Assembly: GCA_946965045.2 (NCBI GenBank)
Contig: OX337229.1
Coordinates: forward strand, 5,456,001-5,520,000
Source of the DNA: Epithemia pelagica
Lineage: Eukaryota > Protista > Bacillariophyta
Direction: 5' to 3'
DNA: 64,000 bases
The position numbers and the translations under genes were made by a program. The notes under the pieces were generated by a model. It was not told where the DNA came from. It made no database searches and saw only the letters and a list, made by a program, of their open reading frames with translations. This document shows positions 10,935 through 22,205 of the stretch, one piece after another (within the stretch, counting starts at the first letter, position 1; the number at the start of each line of letters is the position of its first letter).

Positions 10935-12588
10935 TCACCACAAAACACGTTGTGCTAGAAAACGCAATCGGGGTCCTGGTAACGATTTTGTCAGCAGGTC
11001 CGCAAGATTGGTTTCACCTTCTTCCCAGGCGATACGCACGATGTTGGCGGCTTGTGCCTCACGTGTGATGGTAAGCAATCGCATTGTGTTTCTTCTTCAG
11101 AGTGACTTCAGGCATGGTTGCACTCTTGAACACAGATTCATTATCACAGAACACATTGGTTTCGCCATCAAGTGGAATGCCCATCATTCTCAACTTGTAA
11201 CGGAAACCCTCTATCTGTTCGATGGCAGTCTTCATTGCGACAAATTTGGAGCCAAAGGTTTCAGACTTTGGAGTTTCAGTTTTACTCAACTTGCGAGAGC
11301 CATTTTCATCTTCAGTTCGCACGGCTCCGGCCTTGCGCTTTCCATTAGCGTCGTTCTGTTCTTTGTCTTTCTGTTCTTTACGGGCACGGAGGATTTCGGC
11401 CTTCTCTTCATCAGAGAGCTTGCGCCATTCATCCAAACTGTAATGACGTGTCTTCTTTTTATTCTGCTTGTAACGACCATTCTTCTTTCCACTAGTCTTA
11501 GTCGTACCCACACCAGCAATCTTTCGATTCTCGTCATTGGTCTTGTCGGTACGGGATGCAGCAATCAACGTGCCAAAATACTGCTGGCATGCTTCAAAAT
11601 CAGAAAGCTTTGCTGCGTCACCGTTGACGACCGTCTTTCCCGCCGCCAAAGAGGGATCCGATATACCTTTGAGGAAATCGGTTACCTTTTTGGTTTCGGC
11701 AACGGGTTCATCAAGTTCAGCCAACGTATTATGAGCTTTCTGATGGCGGTGAACATATTGTTGATACGAGAAACGACCGCGACCTGTAAACTTCGCGTCG
11801 GCAATAGCAGCGTATGCTTCTTTCTTGCGGATGGTGACAGCTGCGGTTCCAGTAGCTTGGCGAGTCAACGCAAGATACGCCTCACGGCCGTCCTTCTTCT
11901 TTTGGTGTGGCTTGATGAACGTCAGGCCAGGTCCGCCAACAAGAAAAGGTTTCATCAGTGTGAAGAGGCGTTGATTGTCAAGGGCATACTGATCACCTTG
12001 CAGGATAGTAGTAGCAATCAAATCGTCATCGATAGTATCGTAGGCAGCATTCCTTGCTTCAGAACCGACAGGCTTAGTTTCACGAAGGACGTATGTCAAA
12101 GGGACACCCGTTGTGGGATTGCGATGCTGTGCGAGGAACGTGAGCAAGGCATCGTTAAACACCTCCCACTGAGTAAACGAAGTCAACTCTTTCGGTGGGG
12201 TCAGTTCATCGGAGGCAACTTCCTTGTTGAGTGCAAACAGTTCCTGGGTACGTTTGGTCCATTTCTTGATCAGGGGCGGATCAGAGAAAAGTGAGACTTT
12301 AAGAGCCTGACCACGAGACGAACGGTATTCGAGCCACATTTGGAAGCCGTGGAGCTGCAGGTTAGCACTGAAGGGAAAGGCCCCGTTCTCTAGAGGGGTC
12401 TTTGCCATCATCTTCAACATCGACGGCACTTGATGGACCGCAACAGTCATGAACGATTGAGCATCATCAAAACCCTGCTCAATGATGTAGGTAACGGTGG
12501 CATCATTGTATCCACAGCGTTTAACGGCAGCCTTGAAATCTTCCTTGGGATTTTCAGGGGCAGTGGATGAAGACATGGTGGAAGGCAA
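10935..12588 (-). pseudogene. Copia gag fused in frame to the C-terminal part of RNase H
   Basis: Gag motifs (GVPLTYVLR, VTDFLKGISDP, HYSLDEWRKL) run directly into FGSKFVAMK...FCDNESV...KKKHNAIAYH. ORF stops at 11059; the RNase H tail (EAQAANIVR...NLADLLTK) continues in another frame to 10935. Confidence 0.88.
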
Positions 12589-13275
12589 AAGGAAAGCAAG
12601 AGAGCCAGAAGCAGGAGAGGTTCAGAGCAAAACACAGGCAAAAAACATGCCAAAAGGTGATGCAGATCGCAGATTTCGCGATTCTACCTGGAATTAAGGT
12701 GCACAAGTAGTGTCGACTTGCGTTTGCGCTGCAGTCGGCAGAGAACAAATACTTAGGACGTGTGCGTCGGCACAGTGCAAAAGGAGGTATCTATATTTTC
12801 ATGTATGGAGAAAAGATTACCAAAACAATCGCTCACTTAAGCGAGTGCTCCCCGTCACGTGGGAGAGTGCCATGGGTCACACATCACGAGTGTGAACTAT
12901 AAGTAGTGCCGCAAGCATACCGTGACGAGTAGCTTAGCGCGAACACTCCCAAGCGGTGATCAGCCGCTACCAGTACGGGCAAAAGGCAAAGAGCAGAACT
13001 CGACAGAGTTCTCACATGGTGCACACAGAGCACCTTAGCATTTAGAATATCCGAGGCAGCATAGTCCTGGTCAGAATTGAAAGAGTTAGGGGACAGTCGG
13101 ACGCCGATGCACTATCTGGTCATTTTGATCTACCATCGGAGAGGTGGGTCCCGATACAAGGTCCAACGGCCGGTCGTCCGATAAATCATGGGGATTCGAA
13201 CCCCAGACCTTCCATGCCAACAGTGTACACAAACCAACTAAACTACTGCGGCTGCGGCGGTTGGGTCTGATAAAC

Positions 13276-13449
13276 TGTATAAATCCTGCCACTACACGCT
13301 ACAACACGGTGTATACGGCGTGCAACAAGTGGCTAGACCAGAATTATGACTAGAAAACTAGATGCGTAGCAGCATATGTAGGCGATGCATATTCGCCAAT
13401 ATGCGACCATGTATCCGCCAATATGCGACCTGTTGGCGGGATTTATTCA
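13276..13449 (-). repeat. 5' LTR of Copia element 1
   Basis: Identical by eye to 10607-10780. Confidence 0.95.
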
Positions 13450-13669
13450 AGTCTCCTCCTATCCGAATCAACATGAAATCGATGAAGAAGAAGCAAAATG
13501 ATCCTGAATCCAGCACTCTATAGAAGAAGAATCTCGACAGTACCAACATAATGTATCCAACGGGTTCTCAGACCAAACACTGATCCTCCCGACTTTCGCT
13601 GCACCGGCCATTGCATCTGAAACACCTCCTCTGACGTATCGTTCTTGGCGTCTGATCCTTAAGGCCTCA

Positions 13670-14629
13670 TCACTTTGGCCCTAGAGCATGGTTGGATACA
13701 AGAAAGTCACATACTTTTCTGGCAATTTCCGCAGGCTTCTCCATCATGATCAAATGGCTTGCCTTCTCCATCGGAACAAATTCAGTTGTGGTTGGGGCTA
13801 ACTGGTTCACCAAATGTTGTCCCCATTCAATCTGTAAAATCCCATCATTGACACCGTGGAAATGAATCACAGGCTTGTTGTTGATCGCTTGAATGAGCTC
13901 GTCGGACGTTGCCCATTTTGTTTGTCTGTAAAAGGCTTTGACCATGAACATCGCATTGCTGTCATTGGACTTTAAACATTGATCATGAAGTTCTGGGTTG
14001 CTGGGATCAATAGCTCTTGACAAAAATTCTTTTGTCAATGTACTTTGTAACATCTCCAGCATCCATACTGGCAATCGAAAGACAGGATGACCCCCATCAG
14101 GCACAGGATGCGAAGAGTTGACACGTACGGCGGCTCCCAAGAAGATGAATCCCTTCACCTTATCCATAACAATCTTGTTGTGATCTGAGTTCAGCCAGCG
14201 GACAAGAATATTGGGTCCATATGAATGTGAAACGAAGTGAATAGGTAGGGAAGCGTCAGAGAATGTTTCCAGTATATATCCAAGATCTCTCTGCAGCTCC
14301 TGTCCACTGTAGGCATCCCAGTCTTCAATCATGGGTGACTGGCCACATCCCACCATATCGAATAAGATACATTTTATTCGCAACTTTGTTGGTCCATAGA
14401 GAAGAAGATAATCCAACGAACGAAGTAGTGAATGAAATTGAGCTTCGGTGGCGCAACTGCCATGAATACACACGAGTTGGAGATCCTTCGGCACTGCATC
14501 GTTGTTCTCATCGTTCGCCTGTATGCCAAGGGTCCATTCGCGAACAAAGAGTTTGCGTCCTGGACGGACTTCCCTCAATTCGGCAAATATTTCTTTCATG
14601 GTCTCGCGATCTTTGTTTGTTGAGATCAT
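13670..14629 (-). CDS. Alpha/beta hydrolase fold protein
   Basis: CIHGS, FDMVGCGQS, nucleophile elbow VSHSYG, HGVNDG and ASHLIMMEKP. Confidence 0.88.
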   Translation of the reverse strand: MISTNKDRETMKEIFAELREVRPGRKLFVREWTLGIQANDENNDAVPKDLQLVCIHGSCATEAQFHSLLRSLDYLLLYGPTKLRIKCILFDMVGCGQSPMIEDWDAYSGQELQRDLGYILETFSDASLPIHFVSHSYGPNILVRWLNSDHNKIVMDKVKGFIFLGAAVRVNSSHPVPDGGHPVFRLPVWMLEMLQSTLTKEFLSRAIDPSNPELHDQCLKSNDSNAMFMVKAFYRQTKWATSDELIQAINNKPVIHFHGVNDGILQIEWGQHLVNQLAPTTTEFVPMEKASHLIMMEKPAEIARKVCDFLVSNHALGPK

Positions 14630-15535
14630 TTGTGGAAAGGAGAATAAACCTAAGCTGGTTCATTCCGCGAGTGTTCTTTCTAATTATCATGATGATCTAC
14701 TCCGTGCGCTAAGTATTTCATACGTGGTTTCATTACCTACTCCTAGAGTCGGTTGTCGGAGTCGGAGGCCGTGTTTTGTCTACACCTTGTATTCCCTTTT
14801 GGGTAGGTAGCTGCCCAATTAGTATGGGGCTCGGTCTCGATGGCTCCGGGGATGTTCATTCGAAAACAATTACCTAGACGTCAATGTCAATCCTCTTGAG
14901 CACAAAGAACACCCACAGAAAAAAAAGACTTTGCTCACTTTTCGTTCAAATCTATCAGGCTGACTGTCTCAGTCTTCCTGTCCATGTTCCATTTCCGGAT
15001 TCTTCAAACGGCGACGTCTTCTCGCGGGAGACGTTGGAGGATCTCATGGAGTTGCTGCTCTCCTAGGAAAACCCACAGTGGGCCTATCGAAATCTTGGTC
15101 TTTTGTTTTACTTGTTCAGTTTGGGAGATTGAGCAAGAGATGAGCGCTGGGATCTGCCCTTGTTGAGAGACGGATCGGTCTGTAGCCTGTAACTGCAACA
15201 TGAGCTTTGTAATGGGTGACAGGGCAAGGGAATACGAAATGCAAGGACAGCATACCTAGGTAGAACAATCTACGGTCTGTTGCCGATTTCTCGCTCTCGT
15301 CGTTGTCGTTGGCATTGGCCGATTACTTCCCGGGACTCACCAACCGAATTGCGATTGCGGGCCATCGCGGATTGGGGCCCATTGATGCGACTGACTGTGT
15401 GATCGGTGATACAAACGTACTTCAATCGGTGGTTCATTCTTTGTTCTATTGTGTTTTATCGACCATTGATTGTCGAGAAGGTACGGCGGGGTCGACAAGT
15501 GCATTGACAGAAGTGTCCTTAAAGTCAACAGTAGT

Positions 15536-16360
15536 ATGACAGTCATTGCTCTTTGGTGTTTGGTGTTTGCTCTGTCGAACTTTCCATCTCAAGCATTTCC
15601 CCTGCTGCACAGTCTCCGAAGGAGTGTCAAGAGCAGCCCACTCTTTGTCAGTGAACTCCATGTTCCTGGATATGCTGAAACGAAGCTACCGTTCATAATC
15701 GAAGAAGGCGAAAGAGGCAGGGTGAATCCCGTGACGTTTGATACTGACCGAGATTTTGAGGGGAGGATACCATACAACGATGGCCCACTACTGTTCAAGA
15801 CCAAGGGACCCATTTTGACTCCGAGTGAGTGCCAGAATATTGTCAACGAAGCAGAATTGGTGGCGTCACAAATAAGTTGGACCAAAAATCGGCATGGCAA
15901 TTTCCCAACGACGGATCTACCCATTGTCGAACTTCCAGAAACGCTAGAGTTCATCAAACGTGCTTTGGTGGAACGCATCTATCCAATGTTGTCGGCGCAG
16001 TTTGGAAACTATCTACCTGATGCAACAAAATTGCGGGTAGCCGATGGATTCGTCGTCAAGTATGATGCGGCAGGTGGTCAGAAAGAATTAAAGCCACATC
16101 GAGATGGATCCGTCTTGTCGTTTAACATTGCACTGAATCCATCCTCCGAATATGAAGGAGGAGGAACTTGGTTTTCGTCTCTGGGAGACGACGATGTGGT
16201 CAAGATTGAACAGGGTGAAATCGTGAGCCATGCGTCGGCCTTGCTACATGGGGGTCATGGAATCACATCCGGTCGACGCTATATCATGGTGGCATTTGTC
16301 ATTTTAGAGGGATACGACAGTTGGTCGATGCGATTTTACAACCAAGTTCGGAACCTGTGA
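15536..16360 (+). CDS. 2OG-Fe(II) oxygenase (prolyl/lysyl hydroxylase-like) with probable bipartite plastid presequence
   Basis: HRD, LHGG and RYIMV motifs; FVVKYD and YEGGGTWF. N-terminal hydrophobic signal followed by SQAFP. Confidence 0.82.
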   Translation: MTVIALWCLVFALSNFPSQAFPLLHSLRRSVKSSPLFVSELHVPGYAETKLPFIIEEGERGRVNPVTFDTDRDFEGRIPYNDGPLLFKTKGPILTPSECQNIVNEAELVASQISWTKNRHGNFPTTDLPIVELPETLEFIKRALVERIYPMLSAQFGNYLPDATKLRVADGFVVKYDAAGGQKELKPHRDGSVLSFNIALNPSSEYEGGGTWFSSLGDDDVVKIEQGEIVSHASALLHGGHGITSGRRYIMVAFVILEGYDSWSMRFYNQVRNL

Positions 16361-16713
16361 GAATCGCAGGATTGAGCCATGCAATATCAGCTTCCTTCCC
16401 ACATCGAATCCATGCAACGAATTATATCCTAACGGGAAAACAGAACTCTAAATGCAAATCGCTACAAGAAGTAAGAATTTTCTATGCGGAATTATCATTT
16501 CGTTCAGGGAGGCAGGATTTTTGGAAATGCAAAAGAGGCAAAGAACAAACCAAGGTCATGTTTTTGTATTTGTTCGACAAGAATTACGCTATGCGGTCCA
16601 CCAGAACGTGCAGACAACGAATACAACCAATACAGATAAATGTAAAATGACAATCACAACAACCTCAGGAGCTTCTTTTCGTCGAAATAATAACACGCGG
16701 CAAAAGGGTTGCG

Positions 16714-18387
16714 CTATGCAATGTCTGTTTCCAAGATGCGATGTTTCAGGAGTAGGAACAATGCATCCAATGCGGCGACGCCATGATTTTCGTTGGATTT
16801 CTCCTTTTCGGCTTGCTGTTGATCCTGCCCTTCGGCTTGCTGTTGATCCTGCCCTGTGGACAATGCATCCAACGCATGCTTTTCATTGGGCTTCTCCTTT
16901 TGTGCTGTTTGTTGTTTTTGTTGTTGATTTTCATGGTCCACTTCTTCCATGAGTCTCGAAATGGCCAATTTGTCCAAAACATCCATCCGACCCGAGGGAT
17001 GAAACTCCAATACATTTTGTACCATTCGCAAATTGCTGTTCCTCTTCAACAGTGCTCCCAAGGTTGCATGTGTTGATGCGTTTAAGGTGTGACCACGATA
17101 CGACAAGTCCAACTCTCGAAGAGAGAGATTGGGTCGCAATGCATTGATGATGGCAAGGGGATGTGAAGAAAAGTCGATACCACCTTGACTCAGATCCAAC
17201 TTGGATAATCTCATTTTGGGCAAACACGACAAGAGCTCCTTGAATTCGGCCTCACTAAAACTCCATGACTTGAGACTAAAGACGGAGATGCCGGCTGAAT
17301 GTCTCGTATAACTTTGAGGTTGCTGCTCGTTCGGGAATAGTGTCTGGGAATGATGGTATGGATAGTGCTGCTTAGTTTCTGGCACTGGTCTTTGGTTTGC
17401 CAAGCCACGGAAAATGGCACGCACAATGTCGTGATTCAAACGTGATTCTTGAATGGAAACATGTTGAATTGTCATTGTTTGGAAATATTCTTCAAAGGTC
17501 TCCACCGTGGATGGCGCGGCTGGTACTGCAATTGGTTCGTTTTGTTGGTGCTCCTGCTGCTGCCGTGGCCCATTCTCTGGCCGGTGTTCGTTGGGTTGAG
17601 CTGACAGCAAAGCAAAGAGTGACGGAATCATTGAAATGTGCAGTTCTTCCAAACCACAATGTCTTTGTTGTTGTTCATGTTGCGGATGAGAAGTGGATTT
17701 TTGCTGTGTGCTGCTGCTGCTGTTTTTGTTCGACGAGGATTCGTAGCTGCCCAACGTGACAATTTTACTCATGGAAGCCGTAGTTAATCCTCGAATACGA
17801 CCCAAATGCAACGATTTGAGAGTAGCATTGCGTCGGATACCCTTGACCAAGTCAGCAAAGACGGAATCCGTCATGGTCCATCCATCCAGACGGAGCACTT
17901 GTAAGCGTCGCATGCGAGAAAGCGAGGCAACCATGCCACTGTCTAGTTCGGCATAGTTCATGGAACCCTTAAAGTCGAGAAACAATTTCTCCACCTTGTT
18001 TTGACAGGCCGTCAGTATCAAATCACGATGAAGGAACGCATCGTTGCCTCCCGGAAGGATCACAATCAATTCTTTGTTGTGAGCACCATCCAGCATGCGA
18101 GCAATGTTTGTATTGTTGAGGTGATTCTTGACCATGGAAATGGATTCAATCGATGTGGTTTGATGAAAGAAATCTTTCAATGCTTCCAAGGTACCATCGC
18201 CTTCATGGAAGCGACAAAATTCAAACGTCAAGTGTCGCAAAAAGATGCCTTTGCGAGCACATTGAGCAACGTGTTCCACCAATGCTCGTACATCTTCTAG
18301 TTTGACCATGCAATCATAAAACGACAAGAAACCTCTCGTCAAATTCATGAGTCGTTGTTGACGCACTTGATCACGCAACTGAAACAT
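16714..18387 (-). CDS. RNI-like leucine-rich repeat protein
   Basis: LRR strands (LQVLRLDGW, LKSLHLG, LSKLDLS, NLSLRELDLS). N-terminus paralogous to 53870-55129. Confidence 0.75.
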   Translation of the reverse strand: MFQLRDQVRQQRLMNLTRGFLSFYDCMVKLEDVRALVEHVAQCARKGIFLRHLTFEFCRFHEGDGTLEALKDFFHQTTSIESISMVKNHLNNTNIARMLDGAHNKELIVILPGGNDAFLHRDLILTACQNKVEKLFLDFKGSMNYAELDSGMVASLSRMRRLQVLRLDGWTMTDSVFADLVKGIRRNATLKSLHLGRIRGLTTASMSKIVTLGSYESSSNKNSSSSTQQKSTSHPQHEQQQRHCGLEELHISMIPSLFALLSAQPNEHRPENGPRQQQEHQQNEPIAVPAAPSTVETFEEYFQTMTIQHVSIQESRLNHDIVRAIFRGLANQRPVPETKQHYPYHHSQTLFPNEQQPQSYTRHSAGISVFSLKSWSFSEAEFKELLSCLPKMRLSKLDLSQGGIDFSSHPLAIINALRPNLSLRELDLSYRGHTLNASTHATLGALLKRNSNLRMVQNVLEFHPSGRMDVLDKLAISRLMEEVDHENQQQKQQTAQKEKPNEKHALDALSTGQDQQQAEGQDQQQAEKEKSNENHGVAALDALFLLLKHRILETDIA

Positions 18388-19367
18388 GATGATGATGATG
18401 AATGTGTAGTGAAACGCACAGCAGGGAGAGCCTCACTCTTGTCACGACAAGAACATGCACACCATGGAACACTTTACTGCAGGTTTCAGCCGCAGCAAAA
18501 CAAAGGCAAGACGTTTGCTTGGTGGCAGTGGAGCCTTGTTTCTTGTGTACACGCTATGCAATGTACAACGGAAATGCGTGTTTCGTGGTTGACTCTTTGA
18601 GACGATCGATCAAGGGAATTTTTCGAGCGATGGGAGAGCGGACCAGAATCAATATGTAGCTTCCGTTGTTTGTAGCTTGAGTGGGAAAAAGGGATGCTGG
18701 AGAATACAACCGACGGACACCGTGACTTGCAATGGTCGAAGGATCGGTTGATATTAGGTTTGCATAGAGACTGGGTCGTTTTTTGCGAAGCGTTTGAGAA
18801 ACGGATTACGATGGATGTGCGATCATCCTCGGCCGATCTCAATTATGCCCACTCGCAAATCCAACATTTAGTGCGACTGATACGGAACTGACTATAGGGT
18901 CAAGCAGTTCTATCGATGTGACTCGCTCGCTTCCGTTTCTCCTGTTTGCGAGACGCGGATGCCAAGTCTGCACCCATCGGTGAGCACGACTGAAGTTCCC
19001 GGTTCAGTCTCGAGTTGAAATTTGTGCGATCTATCTGCTTTGTGTGGTCCTCTGAGGTCGCTCTGAGTCGCAGATCTCTGCGTTGGGACTCGATTCCGCT
19101 AGTCAATTTTAGTGTACAACCGACCTTTGTGCTACTGGTACTCGTACTCTGTCCCAAATAATTACTTAATGAAACATCATATATACATAGGAGGAAATAG
19201 GACATAGGACATTCCCTGTCCACGACTCATACTTAAGAGGACAATGGTACTCGTACTCGTATTAATACTCCTACGCGTACTCGTAGTTAATACTCGTAGT
19301 CGGAAAGATGCAACATGAACATGATGGATGATGGCCATTGGCCAATTGGCAATTGGCAATTGGCCTA

Positions 19368-20891
19368 CGAGCTCCATCAATCGATATGTTGGCGCTCAGT
19401 TGCCCGTGCTTTTCAGGCCCCCACTGTTTTCTCTATAGTGATTCTAGCTTCGTAGGAAGAGCACTACGGTCATTTTGCACTGCATAACCCCACCATGGAT
19501 AACAAGAACCTCTGTGCACCTCCAACGAAAGGTGCTAGCACTCCGCCGACCATCCAGGAAGCTTGATCTTGAAGTGTACCGCAAAGGGTGAAAAGGGCGG
19601 TGATGAGTCGGCTAGTTTCATCGACCTACGGCAAGGTTCTGAAGTCTTCCATATTTTGGGCTGGAAGGAAGCAAGGAGATGACAACGATTGGAGTCAAAT
19701 GATGATGGGATGAACGAAGATTGCGGGGTGGGAGGACATTGGAAGCTTTGATATAGCTCAATGAGGCATGGCAGAGTCGCAAAAACTGCTCACAGCAATC
19801 AGACGGATCGTTTCGACGATAACAACATCAACAACAAACTCTGGCTTCCAAGGAACGACAACAACAAGCAACCCCTTACACAAGCTCTCTAAAAGCAACA
19901 ACAAGAACAAGCAATATGGATGCAACAACAAGTCAATCCAGGAGTGGATGCCACGAAGCTGCGGTGGCGGCTATCCGATCAAGTGGTCGTCCTTTTCCTT
20001 CTCCCTTGTGTTCGGAAAACTTTGTGGCACAACAACGACACCAAACAACAGCGCAACAATCAAATGCGCTATGTTTCTTTTGGTTCCACAGTTCTACAGC
20101 CCAAACGAGGCAAAGCGGAAACCATAAGTAGCGACAGCAACAACGAGCGGTGTCAACGACAACGACAACGAGTGGCGACCATCACAACAACACCATACTC
20201 AACAATTCACTCCTCGTTCCGGCTGTGCCCTACAGCAAGCGGCAACAACGGCATGCGACAAGACAGCAAGCGGCAACAACGACAAGCGGCAACAACGACA
20301 AGCGACGACAATGACATGCGACAACGCGACAATCAACTACTCGCTGCCGCCGCACGAAACTCTCGACAACCCCAATGCAACAATCAACTACTCGCTGTCA
20401 CCGAACGAAACACTCGGCGACACCACCGACAACACGCCCCGACGACAACAACGATAACAACACGCGACAATCAACTCCATCTTTCTCACGGCCTCACGAG
20501 ACAACCCTGTGCCGCGACAACGACACCAAACGCAACAACGAACTCCTCGTTTCGGCCGAGTGAACCAATCCCCTATAACAACGAGGACAACAAGCAGCAG
20601 TGATGGTGGCAACCTAATATAGGCTTATCATTAGGAAGCCGTTTGTACAGTTTGATCTACTCGTAGTCCTTGTACTTTTACTTCTCGTACAGAAAGGGGA
20701 AGCGCCTCCACGTCATGGTGAAAGGTTCATCGGTAGGAGTGCGAGGTAACCTTACGAGAACATCTTGTCAATGTGGGGCAATTCATTTTACTTCAGGAAA
20801 ATGTATGGTAAAGTGAATCTCGTAGGGCCGGAAGTTTCACCGAGGTGAAGCACGGGCAACTGAGCGCCAACATATCGATTGATGGAACTCG
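19368..20891. mobile_element. Non-autonomous TA-flanked TIR element (Tc1/mariner-type ends), copy A
   Basis: 44-bp TIRs at 19368-19411 and 20848-20891 (1 mismatch). TA at 19366-19367 and 20892-20893. Interior is low-complexity CAA/CGA-rich sequence. Confidence 0.8.
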
Positions 20892-21449
20892 TACTCCTAC
20901 GAGATTCGCTTCACCATACATTTTCCTGAAGTAAAATGAATTGCCCCACATTGACAAGATGTTCTCGTAAGGTTACCTCGCACTCCTACCGATGAACCTT
21001 TCACCATGACGTGGAGGCGCTTCCCCTTTCTGTACGAGAAGTAAAAGTACTAGGACTACGAGTAGATCAAACTGCACGGCTTCCTTATGATAAGTCTATT
21101 ATGTTGCCACCATCACTGCTGCTTGTTGTCGTTGTTATAGGGGATTGTTTCACTCGGCCGAAAAGAGGTTGCGTTTGGCGTCGTGTCGCGGCACAGGATT
21201 GTCTCGTTCCGCCAAAACAAATTGATAAGTGTTGAGTTTGTTGTAGAACCGTAGAAATGAAAGAAATGGAGAGCAGTTGATTGTTGCGTTTGGTGTCATT
21301 GTCGTGGTCCCAAATTGTTGAAACGACGAGTTGATTGTAATGATTGGGACAAGAACTGCTATGCGAGGCCAAAACCAGTTGATTGTGTAATTCCTGGTAT
21401 CTGTGATCATGGTTGTGGGTATTGTATCATCATCACCATCCGATGGATT

Positions 21450-22191
21450 TAGCAGAGCTCTCATTGAGAATTCAGAAGAGTTGGGTAAAAGGCTCGCTGA
21501 GCCGACAATCGATCACCAACCGATACAACAATCCTCCACGGGTCAGAGAAGAGTTGCAAGTCGAGGTCCGCCGTGGGTAGGGGCAGTCGGTCCACTGATA
21601 AGAGGTTAGTCTTAAGATGTGATGAAAGGTGATATTAATGATTGTGAGACAATTACTAACTAAGGTGGTTGATGGTGCCGAAGTCCTGGCTCTTGTATAC
21701 GGCCATGGATCTGGTGTGATAGGTCCTCACTGGTTGGAGTAGACCGGCATTGGTGTATATTGAATGTATAGGGTGATGGATAACATGTATGGGATGCGAC
21801 AGCTCTTGCTTTGTCGTGGTATAAGTCTCGTGCTGGGCGCGTTGCTGTTTGCATTCTTGGATTTGTGGGAACAGAGATATGGTCTCGCGTGATCGTGATT
21901 CGTGCTTTGATTATATAGACCGTTAGGTCGAGTCGTGGATGCGCGTACTCGGATAATCAAGGCGCGCACTCGATTGTTTTGGGCGCGCACGTGTTGGGCT
22001 ATAGTTAATATCCGAGTGGTCGCCGATAACACGTGAATGCGAGCATGCCATGGCCAAATTTATAGTTTCGCGAGCATGCCGACATTCCTTTCTCACTTTT
22101 AGGAAAATGTCATCGGATGCCATAAAATACTAACATCATTCGATGTGTTGTAGATTCCACCACCACCTAGTTAAAGGTGAGAATCCTAACA
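21450..22191 (-). repeat. 3' LTR of Copia element 2 (terminal 8 bp missing)
   Basis: Near-identical to 26073-26815, roughly ten differences by eye. Confidence 0.92.
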
Positions 22192-22205
22192 CTCCCCACA
22201 ATTTG

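Larger units (their letters stand above)
10607..13449 (-). mobile_element. Internally deleted Ty1/Copia LTR retrotransposon, very recent insertion
   Basis: Two identical 174-bp TG...CA LTRs, AGTC on both outer flanks, purine tract GCGGGGAC before the 3' LTR, and gag plus Copia RNase H coding sequence inside. Confidence 0.93.

Noticed and set aside
11008-12294. 428-aa plus-strand ORF
   Set aside because: Antisense shadow of the gag-RNase H frame with no motifs.
13186-13213. tRNA T-arm-like GGTTCGAATCC on the minus strand in the Copia 1 leader
   Set aside because: Only three stem pairs form and no D-arm, anticodon arm or acceptor stem is present.
16806-16857. 24-nt tandem duplication in the LRR gene
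   Set aside because: Ordinary in-frame duplication within a Q-rich low-complexity tail.
19130-19365. TACTCGT and CAATTGG short repeats
   Set aside because: Short irregular low-complexity repeats without spacers; not CRISPR-like and no function can be supported.
19920-20603. 227-aa Thr/Gln/Arg-rich ORF
   Set aside because: Arises from CAA/CGA low-complexity sequence inside a non-autonomous element and is not conserved in copy B.
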